Assembly (NCBI GenBank): GCA_964558375.1
Contig: CAZLCD010000001.1
Span: 17,091 to 81,090, forward strand
Origin: an uncultured Candidatus Saccharibacteria bacterium
GTDB taxonomy: Bacteria; Patescibacteriota; Minisyncoccia; Phycocordibacterales; PALSA-1337
Length of the DNA stretch: 64,000 nt
Direction of reading: 5' to 3'
The translations under genes were made by a program, and so were the position numbers. Shown here piece after piece: positions 37,452-46,899 of the stretch; positions within the stretch are counted from its first letter, which is position 1, and the number at the start of each line of letters is the position of its first letter. The notes beneath the pieces are model-generated. The model saw nothing but the letters and a program-made list of their open reading frames with translations. It was not told where the DNA came from and searched no databases.

Positions 37452-37811
37452 TTATTTTGCTTTGGTGCCTGCAGGAATATTTGCACTCGGCTCAAGTAAA
37501 GAAAAGGCGCCTTCGGGAGTTGAGAGAGCAAAAAGCATTCCATTACTTTCAAAACCTTTTATCATACGAGGCTCTAGATTGGTCACGAACATGCAGGTTC
37601 GGCCGATAAGGATCGTCGGATCAGGAAAGTACGTTGAGATACCGGAGACAATCTGACGAGGAGAGCCCTCCGCAAAGTCCACCATGAGCTTCAATAGCTT
37701 GTCCGTCTCAGGGATTTTCTCAGCAGAAAGTATCTTACCGCTTTTTATTTCTACCTTTGCAAAATCTTCGTAGGAGATTTTTGATGTATTATTTTTTAAT
37801 ATGTCTTCCAT
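37452..37811 (-). CDS. stand-alone tRNA-binding OB-fold protein (MetRS C-terminal/Trbp111-like)
   Basis: ISYEDFAKVEIK, DKLLKL, RQIVSGI and NLEPR..GFESNGML motifs. Start uncertain. Confidence 0.9.
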   Translation of the reverse strand: MEDILKNNTSKISYEDFAKVEIKSGKILSAEKIPETDKLLKLMVDFAEGSPRQIVSGISTYFPDPTILIGRTCMFVTNLEPRMIKGFESNGMLFALSTPEGAFSLLEPSANIPAGTKAK

Positions 37812-37833
37812 ATGTTTTATATATTTTATCTTA

Positions 37834-38229
37834 CTATTTTGATCTCCTCTTATCAAGAAAGCTTTGAAGTATCAGAGCTGCAGCGGAAGCATCAAGCATA
37901 TCGTTTTTACCCTGAAATCTTTCAGCATTGGCACTAGTCATGAACTCTGGTTCGAGATGTACGATGAATCCCTCCTTCTCCAAATCCATTTTAAAATTGA
38001 GACTTTCAGGCAAAATAGTGTTGGCCTCCCCTTTATAATTTTTCGACTCCCCTATTACTATTTCTTTTACTTCTTTTGTTTTGGCGACAGAGACCACATC
38101 TGCCAAAACTTTCTCTCTTAGATGTTTCGAATTATTCAGCACAATAAGTGGCATAGCAAACTGCCCTTCTTCATCAGAAAAGGCAATGCCTACGCGCTTG
38201 GATCCATAGTCGATACCGAGGAGTTTCAT
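37834..38229 (-). CDS. ruvX: YqgF/RuvX family RNase H-like nuclease
   Basis: LGIDYGSKRVGIA and DASAAALILQSFLD motifs. Confidence 0.93.
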   Translation of the reverse strand: MKLLGIDYGSKRVGIAFSDEEGQFAMPLIVLNNSKHLREKVLADVVSVAKTKEVKEIVIGESKNYKGEANTILPESLNFKMDLEKEGFIVHLEPEFMTSANAERFQGKNDMLDASAAALILQSFLDKRRSK

Positions 38230-38297
38230 GGGTTTAGTGTACTCTAAGTTGAATTTTGTAGCAAAATATGGGAGTATTTGAGAGTTATGAAGTATAC

Positions 38298-38384
38298 GGA
38301 TGGGTGCCAGAGTGGTCTAATGGAACAGTCTTGAAAACTGTCGCCCGCGCAAGTGGGCCGTGAGTTCGAATCTCACCCCATCCG
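38298..38384 (+). tRNA. tRNA-Ser(TGA)
   Basis: Anticodon arm ACAGT-CTTGAAA-ACTGT, long variable arm, G73. Confidence 0.95.
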
Positions 38385-38390
38385 CAGATT

Positions 38391-38885
38391 ATGGAGATCT
38401 TAGAATCAAAAATAAATAGAGCAAAAGAACTAATTTATACAAGTAGACATATTTCACTTGCTACTACAAATGCAGACGGTTCACCTCACAATAGTCCTGT
38501 TAGATTTTTCTATGATGAAAAACTTGAAAATATATATTGGGGTTCAAATACCGAAGCTTTACATTCTCAGAATATACTAAGAACTGGTCAGATATTTGCG
38601 GTTTTATTTGATAGGATAGAATACGGTGGAGTTTATATAAAATGTGAAGGTGGTCATATACTTGAGGGGAAAGAATTAGAAGTTGGATTGGAAATTACCA
38701 ACTCTTCGAGGACAAAGGAGGGGCAACAAAAAATTAATTTGGATTATTATTCAGAAGGAAGTGTTCAGAAAATGTGGTCAGCAAAAATTACTAATATTTG
38801 GATAAATATGCCAGTGAGAGATGAGAATGGTTTTATATTAAGAGATGAGAGAGTAGAATTAGACAGAAATATTTTAAAGTTCTAA
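38391..38885 (+). CDS. pyridoxamine 5'-phosphate oxidase-like (FMN split barrel) protein
   Basis: SLATTNADGSPHNSPV...S...HSQNI motif. Confidence 0.85.
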   Translation: MEILESKINRAKELIYTSRHISLATTNADGSPHNSPVRFFYDEKLENIYWGSNTEALHSQNILRTGQIFAVLFDRIEYGGVYIKCEGGHILEGKELEVGLEITNSSRTKEGQQKINLDYYSEGSVQKMWSAKITNIWINMPVRDENGFILRDERVELDRNILKF

Positions 38886-38906
38886 ACGCATCTAGCTACT
38901 CCCGCA
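38878..38906 (+). repeat. 29-bp att-like repeat, copy 1 (copy 2 at 39798-39826)
   Basis: AGTTCTAAACGCATCTAGCTACTCCCGCA vs AGTTCTGAACGCATCTAGTCACTCCCTCA, 25/29 identical. Confidence 0.8.
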
Positions 38907-38981
38907 CTAGACGATATATACTTTATGTGTTAATATATTTTCAGACTGACAATTTCGTCATCTGAACAAAAAAGGTAAATC

Positions 38982-39383
38982 TTGAATACAATAGAACTTG
39001 CAAAGATGCTAATGGAAAAATTAGACATCTCGTATGTTGAGCTCGCTATACAGTGTGGACTTAAGCGACAAACTGTTTACGAAAATCTTCAACGTGCCGC
39101 TTCTGGCAAATCAAAAAGGGAAGGTTTTCATATGATGGTGCTACGACTTGCTCTAAAAAATGGCTTCGAAGCTGAAGCACTAACGGTTCTCTTCGGGGAA
39201 AGTAAATCACTGAGAGTTTCTAGTTTAACTCGTGCGGGAATCATGTATCCTGACCTGACTCTGTACGAATTATCCAAACTCCGCAATGCTGAGGAGGTGA
39301 CCCGCATGTCGTCGCTTCCCGCTGAAGTCATCAAGTCTATCATCGAGGAATCCCGTTCCAAAGGAAAAAATGAGAAAAAATGA
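38982..39383 (+). CDS. putative helix-turn-helix DNA-binding protein
   Basis: ISYVELAIQCGLKRQTVYENL HTH-like segment; TTG start with AAAGG upstream. Confidence 0.65.
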   Translation: MNTIELAKMLMEKLDISYVELAIQCGLKRQTVYENLQRAASGKSKREGFHMMVLRLALKNGFEAEALTVLFGESKSLRVSSLTRAGIMYPDLTLYELSKLRNAEEVTRMSSLPAEVIKSIIEESRSKGKNEKK

Positions 39384-39712
39384 AAACATCAAATAAGGTC
39401 CGTAAGGCGGCCCTGAGGCAATACCCAAGGAAGCTCGCCAAACTCCGTTCCCTAGTGAGAAAAGGAACCAAAAACCATGAAGCTGTGCGAGAAACAGCTG
39501 AGGAAGTTCTTGGACTGCTGCAACTTCTCTTCCCTGTCGCACAGAAATGTAAGGGTGTGGATGATGTGGAAGCCATCGGAATGAGGGTTCGAGGAGGTCT
39601 CGGTTTTTGCTTGGAATGTGATAACCCTCCATTACCTCCAAATAATATCCTTTGCAAAGAGTGCCTTACTAAATTCCACGGAGGATATTCCTCAGCCTGT
39701 ACAAGGAAGTAG
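39380..39712 (+). CDS. hypothetical protein with C-terminal Cys4 zinc finger
   Basis: CLEC...CKEC; ATGA overlap with the HTH gene. Confidence 0.65.
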   Translation: MKTSNKVRKAALRQYPRKLAKLRSLVRKGTKNHEAVRETAEEVLGLLQLLFPVAQKCKGVDDVEAIGMRVRGGLGFCLECDNPPLPPNNILCKECLTKFHGGYSSACTRK

Positions 39713-39797
39713 AGATGCCCTCAACCGAACCACAAGGCCAGTGAACTTCATCACTGGCTTTTTTACTGAGTTTAAATTTAATACTCTTCAGATCTAT

Positions 39798-39826
39798 AGT
39801 TCTGAACGCATCTAGTCACTCCCTCA
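39798..39826 (+). repeat. 29-bp att-like repeat, copy 2
   Basis: 25/29 identical to 38878-38906. Confidence 0.8.
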
Positions 39827-39849
39827 GATTAGTTTTATAATAACCCCCT

Positions 39850-40482
39850 ATGCCCCACCATCTAAATGAAGAATATGTGTTGGCTGAGATAGAAAAATTA
39901 AAGTACCCTTACGGACTTAATAGTGTAATAAGATTTAATTTAAAAAGAGAAGAAACTTTTCAAACCCAAAGTGTAGCTGAGCATGTAACAAACATGATCT
40001 TTCTGGCCCATTACTTTCGAGACCTTGAAGACCCTCGACACGAACTAGATTTTGAAAAAGTAATCAAGCTTATAATGACGCATGATATGGGTGAGATCGA
40101 GACGGGTGATGTGATTGTTGTTCACAAAAAAGAAAGTCATGAAATTTTAGAAAGAGAGGCGATCAAGTTGGTCAGACAAAAATCTCCAGAATTTATTGCA
40201 AAAGAAATAGAGAGTCTATACGAAGAATTTGAGAGTCCAGAAACACAAGAAGGTAGGTACGCAAGAGCTATTGATAAGCTTGAGGGTCAGATGTTTTGGA
40301 TGGATAAGAAAGGAGTAGAAATGGTAGTTCATATACACAAGACGGTTGGATTGAAGACAAAGATTGTTCATCCTATACATATGAAGAAAGTATTTGATAT
40401 GCTAGATGACTACAACTTCCCTGTTATAAAAAGATTTCTAGAGGTTATGGAGAAAAAGAAGTATTCGTATGGGGTGATCTAG
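39850..40482 (+). CDS. HD domain phosphohydrolase (YfbR/HDDC2-like)
   Basis: QSVAEH, THDMGEIETGD and AIDKLE motifs. Confidence 0.9.
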   Translation: MPHHLNEEYVLAEIEKLKYPYGLNSVIRFNLKREETFQTQSVAEHVTNMIFLAHYFRDLEDPRHELDFEKVIKLIMTHDMGEIETGDVIVVHKKESHEILEREAIKLVRQKSPEFIAKEIESLYEEFESPETQEGRYARAIDKLEGQMFWMDKKGVEMVVHIHKTVGLKTKIVHPIHMKKVFDMLDDYNFPVIKRFLEVMEKKKYSYGVI

Positions 40483-40534
40483 GAAGACTTAAATAAATTG
40501 CAGAAACAGCAAAAATCTGTTAGATTTTCTAAAT

Positions 40535-40607
40535 GCGCCTATAGCTCAGTCGGTAGAGCATCTCCCTTTTAAGGAGTGGGTCGTTGGTTCGATTCCAACT
40601 AGGCGCA
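40535..40607 (+). tRNA. tRNA-Lys(TTT)
   Basis: GCGCCTATAGCTCAGTCGGTAGAGCA...CTTTTAA...GGTTCGATTCC. Confidence 0.95.
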
Positions 40608-40611
40608 CAAA

Positions 40612-41124
40612 ATGAGCAAAGACGAAACTATCCCTGAATTTGGAATTAAAAGGGAAAATGAAGAACGTAGAGATGGTGGATGTGCTGTTGTTTTTGATCC
40701 GCAGACTCAAAAGTATGCGGTGGGTAAACAGACAAAAGATGGCCTATTTAGATTATTTTCTGGTGGAGTTGATGCAAGTGAAGATATCCAGGAAGGTGTT
40801 CTGCGTGAAGTAATTGAAGAGAGCGGGCTTAATGATTTTAAATATATAGAAAAGATTGCGGAAGCTTTTTCTCACTATCACAATAATCTGCGCAATGTAA
40901 ATCGAGTCGCTAAAGCCACTTGTTTTTTAATTATTCTTAAAAGCACAGACCTTACCGATGTGAAGCTTGAAGAGCATGAAAAGTTTACCTTGGCATGGGC
41001 TACAGCAGAGGAGATTATCTCTAATTGGCAGTCAAGAAATCAGAACAAAGATTATGATCATTGGATTTATTTTTTTAATAAATCTGTAGCTAGAGCAAGG
41101 GAGTTGGGGTATGTTCCAAAATAA
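40612..41124 (+). CDS. NUDIX hydrolase
   Basis: GGVDASEDIQEGVLREVIEESG NUDIX box. Confidence 0.9.
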   Translation: MSKDETIPEFGIKRENEERRDGGCAVVFDPQTQKYAVGKQTKDGLFRLFSGGVDASEDIQEGVLREVIEESGLNDFKYIEKIAEAFSHYHNNLRNVNRVAKATCFLIILKSTDLTDVKLEEHEKFTLAWATAEEIISNWQSRNQNKDYDHWIYFFNKSVARARELGYVPK

Positions 41125-41161
41125 ATTTGTCTTTTTTAAATTATTTTGATAAGATTGTAAC

Positions 41162-41245
41162 GTGCTTGAAGGGCTTATGCTCTCTTACGGCTTTCCGCTG
41201 TTACAAGCACAACAAAATACATCGCTTTACTGCGGTGTTTTTTGT
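41162..41245 (+). ncRNA. candidate small RNA convergent with the nuclease-like gene
   Basis: Promoter TTGTCT-17-TAAGAT (41127-41155); GTGCTTG/CAAGCAC stem with two inner hairpins; terminator ACATCGC..GCGGTGT followed by a T-run. Confidence 0.55.
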
Positions 41246-41247
41246 TT

Positions 41248-41715
41248 CTATTCCTCATCCCCTATTCCAGAGTGGAGTATCCTGTCATTATCCTTATTTG
41301 TCTTCCAATAAGGAATTATGCTCCAAAAAAATTTATTACCATTTTCTATTTGTTTTATTACCACCCTAATACGCTTAGAATCTAATATTGCTATGAATTC
41401 AAAATAAGTAACATCTTTTAATACATACTCCCAGCGAGAGTTATTTTTAACTAATTCAAAGCTTCGACCATTTCTCTTACCTTGTAATGTGTGAGAACTA
41501 GAGATAATTATGGGCGCATACTTTAATATCCTAAATCTTCTATATTGATCCTCCTGTAACCTTTTTGAATTTCTCTTTTTAAATTCAATATGCTCAAATC
41601 CTTTTTGATTAAAAGAGACTTGTCCCTTAAAATACGGACAATAGGCCTCTATTAGAGTTTTATAATAAATCTCCATTTCTTCCTTCAGTTTTTTGAGTTT
41701 TTCTTCATCTGACAT
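41248..41715 (-). CDS. putative RelE/BECR-fold nuclease-like protein
   Basis: Basic protein: FNQKGFEHIEFK...R...DQYRRF, then a beta meander IRVVIKQ..FFWSIIP. Fold is inferred. Confidence 0.55.
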   Translation of the reverse strand: MSDEEKLKKLKEEMEIYYKTLIEAYCPYFKGQVSFNQKGFEHIEFKKRNSKRLQEDQYRRFRILKYAPIIISSSHTLQGKRNGRSFELVKNNSRWEYVLKDVTYFEFIAILDSKRIRVVIKQIENGNKFFWSIIPYWKTNKDNDRILHSGIGDEE

Positions 41716-41859
41716 AATTATTGTAATATTGATAATAATGATATCAATTATATAGATCGGACATTAAGAAAAGATAAAGGAAAAATAAAGATTTGATAAA
41801 GATCTCAACTAGACAATGGTTTTTAAATAATAGGAAGCCATACAGGGCCCTCCTCCCCT

Positions 41860-42780
41860 TCAAAAAACTACCCTCCCAAGCCACCCCCTAGAATCATCAA
41901 CCTCCCCCATTCGAATATCGTTGTAGGTCTTCATAAATTCCTTTGTGATTTTATTTTGTGGGATTACTTTACCATCTATACTTTTTATGGAAACGATATT
42001 AGCCGAACTACCAGAGAGAAAGACTTCATCAGCATTGTACAATTCTTCTTTTGTAATCTTTTTCTCTACGCATTGAACACCCTTCATCTTGGCAATTTCT
42101 ATAACAGTATTTCTCGTGATACCTTCTAGAATGTCACTATCAGTATCTGGTGTAAAAAGTACTCCATCCTTTATCACAAAAACATTTGCCACAGTCGCCT
42201 CAGAGACATGACCAGCGCTATTTAGAGAAATGGCTTCATCAAAACCTTTAAGTAAAGCTTCATTTTTTATGAGGCAAGCATTGGCATAACTTCCATTGAT
42301 CTTAGCCTTGGGAGGTATCATATTGTGAGCAATGCGTATCCATGAAGAAATGCAGGTATTTATTTCTTCTTTACCGTAGAAAGATTTTGCAGGAATAATA
42401 TACATAGACATATCAGTTTTCAATCCACTCATGCGAGTACCAATAGCGTTCTCATCAATAAAATACGCGACACGCACCAATGCATTTTCTTTAATATTAT
42501 TTTTATAAATCAAATCCTTCACAACTTTTTCAAATGCATCATATGAAATAAAATCAGCAAAAGGATTCATACTGACAATTAAGCTTGATTTGCACAGTCG
42601 ATTATAATGATCTTTCAATCTAAAAGTATAGAGCCCATCTGTTCGCGAAATAATATTGAAAACCGTATATACACTCATACCATATAGAACGGAGGAACTA
42701 GCGATGCTTAGATTTGCATCTTTAAATGGGACGAAGTCACCACGAAGATAGCTGATTGTATTTTCTAGTTTGAATGACAT
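41860..42780 (-). CDS. class IV PLP-dependent aminotransferase (IlvE-like)
   Basis: LYG, AKINGSY, GFDEAI, SEATVANVF, LEGITR and ADEVF motifs. Confidence 0.92.
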   Translation of the reverse strand: MSFKLENTISYLRGDFVPFKDANLSIASSSVLYGMSVYTVFNIISRTDGLYTFRLKDHYNRLCKSSLIVSMNPFADFISYDAFEKVVKDLIYKNNIKENALVRVAYFIDENAIGTRMSGLKTDMSMYIIPAKSFYGKEEINTCISSWIRIAHNMIPPKAKINGSYANACLIKNEALLKGFDEAISLNSAGHVSEATVANVFVIKDGVLFTPDTDSDILEGITRNTVIEIAKMKGVQCVEKKITKEELYNADEVFLSGSSANIVSIKSIDGKVIPQNKITKEFMKTYNDIRMGEVDDSRGWLGRVVF

Positions 42781-43415
42781 AGGATAATTTCTTCAAGTTT
42801 TGTTTCAAGTTCATACTTCCCTCGTCTTGATTCATGATAAATATCAATGAGTTTTTCGAGGGTCGGATATAAGTCTTTTTCACTTATTCCATTCAAAATC
42901 ATGGTTTTGACTTTCCAGAAGATCATACCATGAATAGCTTCCACAGCCTCGCCTTTATCGATCGCTTTTCTATACAATACCCAAGCCTCTTTTTTATTTC
43001 CCCGACCAAAAGCATCAGCCAAAGCGAAGGCATTGTACTCGGATTTTAAAGATTTTTCTACCAGATCAAACATCATAGTCTTCTCTGCTTTCTTTTCGAT
43101 TTTTGTAATGGTAGCTTTATCGAGTTTACCTTCCATTACAATAAAAATGTTTTCTGATTCAGAAATTGCTTTTAAGTTCTCTATGAATCCTTCTTTATTT
43201 TCTTTTTTGGCACACAGCCTATCGAGAAGTAAGATGCCTTTGCTTACAAAAAGTCCTTGATTGCTCGTATATTCTTCAAGTCTAGATGCATCGAAGTTTT
43301 CTTCATCAATTTTTAAGAAAAATGCATCAGGTTTCTTTTTTCTCAAAGAATTTACAAGTTCCAAAGCTTTGGTCTTAACTTTCTCAATATCTGTACCGTG
43401 ATAGAAATAAATCAT
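42765..43415 (-). CDS. holA: DNA polymerase III delta subunit-like protein
   Basis: MIYFYHGTD, QGLF and FALADAF motifs; short CPR-type form. Confidence 0.75.
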   Translation of the reverse strand: MIYFYHGTDIEKVKTKALELVNSLRKKKPDAFFLKIDEENFDASRLEEYTSNQGLFVSKGILLLDRLCAKKENKEGFIENLKAISESENIFIVMEGKLDKATITKIEKKAEKTMMFDLVEKSLKSEYNAFALADAFGRGNKKEAWVLYRKAIDKGEAVEAIHGMIFWKVKTMILNGISEKDLYPTLEKLIDIYHESRRGKYELETKLEEIILCHSN

Positions 43416-43442
43416 AGTTTTATATATTTTCTGTGTGGTTCT

Positions 43443-45836
43443 CTATTTCATCTCTCCCCAATTTTTCCCAATAGCAAAATTGGCTACGGCTTTAATTCCT
43501 TTAATATCTTTCGGATCAATTACTGACTCCATAATCTCTTTTATCTTAGCAACAACTTTCTTTGAGAGATCTTCTCTGATTTCATAGACAAGTTCATCAT
43601 GAACCTGCAAGATAAGGTAAACGTCTTTCTCCATTTTTTCTGAGACAATATAATCATCAATTCTTTTCATAGCAATCTTTACAATATCCGCATTGGTTCC
43701 CTGAATAGGCGCATTGATAGCCATGCGCTCCGCCATAGCTTTAATAAAAGGTAGTTTGGAATTGATACCTTCAAAGTATCTTTTTCTACCAAAGAAAGTT
43801 TCGGTATAACCCTTTCTCTGCGCTTCAGCTTTAGTATTATTCAAATAATTTGCAAGTCCGGAAAACTTTTTGAAATATTCATTATAAAATTTCTGCGCCT
43901 CCGCTCGATCCGTCCCTTCACCGAGATTTTGGCGAAGAGCATTGACCCCCATACCATAAAGTATTCCGAAGTTTATAACCTTGGCCTTGCGACGCATTTC
44001 TTTATCGACCTTATCCAAAGGCACTTCAAAAACTTCCGAGGCTACCGCCGTATGCACATCCTCCCCTTTTGTAAAAATTTCAATGAGCCTTTCATCTCCA
44101 GAAAGAAAAGCGGCGATGCGAAGCTCGATCTGAGAATAGTCGAGAGATGCCAAAACGAAATCTTTTGGAGCAATAAAGGCCTTTCGTATAGCACGACCAA
44201 GCTCAGTTTTTATAGGGATGTTCTGAAGGTTGGGACCTTGAGAAGACATACGTCCAGTGGTTGATCCTGCTTGTAGGAAGTGTGCATGCAAACGACCGTC
44301 CTTATCCACAAGAACAGGGATAGTGTCTATGTAAGTTGAAAGAAGCTTTTGAAGTTCTCGGTATTCAAAAAGAAGTGGCACGATAGGGTGAGTATCACGA
44401 AGCTTTTCGAGTTCAGATTCACGAGTAGATCGAGCACCACCTGAAGTCTTTTTCAAACCCTTGGCAGTGAGAGCCATTTTATCAAAAAGAATTTCACCAA
44501 GCTGTTTTGGAGAGTTGATATTAAACTCTACTCCGGCATATTCCCAGATCTTTTTCTCAAGTTTAGAAAGTTCAGTATGATAAGTCTTTGAAAGATCTTT
44601 AAGAAAATCGACATCGACCTTCACACCTCTTGTATCCATCTTTTCAATAATTGGAATAATTGGCTTTTCGATATCTTCATAAACTTTTCGCAGACCCCTC
44701 TTATCCAGTTCAGAAAAAACTATTTCCTTAGCTTTAGTAAAATCAGTTTCTCTAGTAAATTCTTTAATGTCGTCTAAGCTAGGATCTGTAAGGTTAGAAT
44801 TAACTAGCCACAGAGCCACCGAAGTTTCGGTCAAATCATTTTTAGAAATATTCTCTTCTATTTCTACAATTTTATTTTTATCATTTCCCTTTTTTTCTTC
44901 ATCTTGCTGACTATCTTTATTTTCCAAACCCAGAGTGGATTTTAATCTAGCCCCCAAGGTACGAAATTCCAATTCATTGAACAACTTGGATACTTTTTCA
45001 ATATCAATGCCTGACATAAATTCTTTTTCTGGCAAATCAAAATCAATTGGTGCATCACGACGAATGGTTGCAAGCATTTTACTAAACTCTGCTTCTTCTC
45101 TACCCTCTTTAAGTAAAGTTAGTATGCGATCCGTAATGCCGACTTTTTTAAATTTAATTTCGCTTTTTTCTTTATTAAGTTCTTTATAGATATTTTCAAT
45201 AGTGCCAAATTCTTTTATAAGAATAGTCGCAGTCTTTTCGCCAATACCAGCAATACCGATAATATTATCAGAAGGATCTCCTCTTAGACCTTTGTAATCC
45301 GGCAGAAGCTTCGGACCAAAACCGAATCTTTCATTAACCGCATCCTCATCATAGATAATTGTATCTTTAATCCCCTTTTTTAAAGTGTAGACTTGAACCT
45401 TTTTGTCATTGATAAGTTGCAAAGTATCCATATCACCAGAAGCGATAACAATATCAATTTCTTTATTATTTTTTAATTTTTCAACTATAGTGCCGAGCAT
45501 ATCGTCAGCTTCGAAACCTGCCTTATCATATATAGGAATATCGAAAGCTTTGAAGACATCTCTCGAACGTTTGATCTGGGTTATGAGATCGCCATCGGTT
45601 TTGGCACGACCAGCCTTGTAATCTTTATAGGCATCATTGCGAAAGGTCGGTCCAGGAAGATCGTAGCAAGCTACCACATAGTCCGGCTTAAGTTCGCCGA
45701 CAATTTTAATAAGCATAGTTGTAAGGCCATATAGAGCCCCTGTAGGCTCGCCTTTTGCCGAAGCAAAGTCAGGCAAAGCATGGTATGCCCTGTGTAGTAT
45801 CGCATGTGAATCAAGAAGTATAAGTCGTTTGGCCAT
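43443..45836 (-). CDS. polA: DNA polymerase I
   Basis: 5'-3' exonuclease motifs (RAYHA, EADD, GDPSDN) and polymerase motifs (DYSQIELR, KVINFGILYG, QVHDEL). Start placed at MAKRL. Confidence 0.97.
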   Translation of the reverse strand: MAKRLILLDSHAILHRAYHALPDFASAKGEPTGALYGLTTMLIKIVGELKPDYVVACYDLPGPTFRNDAYKDYKAGRAKTDGDLITQIKRSRDVFKAFDIPIYDKAGFEADDMLGTIVEKLKNNKEIDIVIASGDMDTLQLINDKKVQVYTLKKGIKDTIIYDEDAVNERFGFGPKLLPDYKGLRGDPSDNIIGIAGIGEKTATILIKEFGTIENIYKELNKEKSEIKFKKVGITDRILTLLKEGREEAEFSKMLATIRRDAPIDFDLPEKEFMSGIDIEKVSKLFNELEFRTLGARLKSTLGLENKDSQQDEEKKGNDKNKIVEIEENISKNDLTETSVALWLVNSNLTDPSLDDIKEFTRETDFTKAKEIVFSELDKRGLRKVYEDIEKPIIPIIEKMDTRGVKVDVDFLKDLSKTYHTELSKLEKKIWEYAGVEFNINSPKQLGEILFDKMALTAKGLKKTSGGARSTRESELEKLRDTHPIVPLLFEYRELQKLLSTYIDTIPVLVDKDGRLHAHFLQAGSTTGRMSSQGPNLQNIPIKTELGRAIRKAFIAPKDFVLASLDYSQIELRIAAFLSGDERLIEIFTKGEDVHTAVASEVFEVPLDKVDKEMRRKAKVINFGILYGMGVNALRQNLGEGTDRAEAQKFYNEYFKKFSGLANYLNNTKAEAQRKGYTETFFGRKRYFEGINSKLPFIKAMAERMAINAPIQGTNADIVKIAMKRIDDYIVSEKMEKDVYLILQVHDELVYEIREDLSKKVVAKIKEIMESVIDPKDIKGIKAVANFAIGKNWGEMK

Positions 45837-45840
45837 ATGG

Positions 45841-46284
45841 CTATTGTACCTCAAATTTGAATTCTCTAGAATTTTCATCTATAAAAGTGCAGTAGATTTT
45901 AACATGGTCTTCCGGTAAGATTTCTTTAACATTTTCTGGCCATTCTATAACTATTAAATTGTTTGGATTATCAACTATCTCTTCAAAGTTTAAGTCTTGC
46001 AATTCACTTGCCTTTTCTATCCTATAAGCGTCGATATGTATAAGTCTTTTAAAGTGATTGTGTTTTGTCTCATAAAGTTTTTCTATAACAAAAGTGGGGC
46101 TAGTGATATTTTCTATAATTCCTAATTCTCTAGCGACTGCTTGAGTAAAGGTTGTTTTGCCAGAGCCGAGATTTCCATAAAGTCCTACTATCGTAGCTTC
46201 ATTGCTTTTGAAAGGTAAAGAAGCAAGCCAGTCTTTGGCAAGGCTTTGTGTTTCTTCTAAGGATTTAGTGATGATGGGTTTCAT
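45841..46284 (-). CDS. tsaE: tRNA threonylcarbamoyladenosine biosynthesis ATPase
   Basis: GNLGSGKTT, SPTF, HIDAYR and IEWPE motifs. Confidence 0.96.
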   Translation of the reverse strand: MKPIITKSLEETQSLAKDWLASLPFKSNEATIVGLYGNLGSGKTTFTQAVARELGIIENITSPTFVIEKLYETKHNHFKRLIHIDAYRIEKASELQDLNFEEIVDNPNNLIVIEWPENVKEILPEDHVKIYCTFIDENSREFKFEVQ

Positions 46285-46359
46285 TTAAATTTGGTGGGGG
46301 TTTAGATAATATAGCATAAAAAAACCTCCGCTCTGAGGGGCGGAGGAGTTTGGGAACGT

Positions 46360-46899
46360 TTACTGCGATAAACTTCTTGGAACATAAGGACGTGGCAACT
46401 GAGGCCAGTGTCCCGCGGGTTTCGGTTGAGGTCTTTTCTTAAGGTAGTCTTTGAACCCCTCAGGACCAAGGTCTTCTTCTAGCTTTTTGAAAGCGGCTTC
46501 TTGCGCAATGGCACGAGAAGCAGCTTCATTGTGAGATTTTGATGATTTCGCCAGAAATCTGGCTGATTCTTCATCAAAGGCTTTTGGATCACCTGACTTG
46601 GCAACAAGAATACGGTCCTGACCTCTGATGTTTGGGTACTTAATCGAAGCCCCAAAGTCATTCAGCTGTTTTGTTCTTTGTTCAAAAACAGTGATGGCTG
46701 TCTTTTTTGGATCCTCAACAACTGGAGCTATTGCTAGCTCTAGGTTTTCTGAGGGTGTGTCTGTGAACACAGCTCCACTAGTCTCCACCACACTGACTTC
46801 TTCAAACAAGACTTCCTTGGAGACCTTTTTTGAAGTAATTAGGGTTGTAGAGATGACAACAAGAAACAGTACGGTGATAGCGACTGTAAGTCTTTTCAT
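46360..46899 (-). CDS. hypothetical secreted/anchored protein
   Basis: N-terminal signal/TM; overlaps the upstream gene by 4 bp. Confidence 0.7.
   Translation of the reverse strand: MKRLTVAITVLFLVVISTTLITSKKVSKEVLFEEVSVVETSGAVFTDTPSENLELAIAPVVEDPKKTAITVFEQRTKQLNDFGASIKYPNIRGQDRILVAKSGDPKAFDEESARFLAKSSKSHNEAASRAIAQEAAFKKLEEDLGPEGFKDYLKKRPQPKPAGHWPQLPRPYVPRSLSQ

Noticed and set aside
29357-39826. Repeats as a CRISPR array or classical integron attC sites
   Set aside because: Spacing is gene-sized and irregular, there are no cas or intI genes, and there is no attC-type palindrome.
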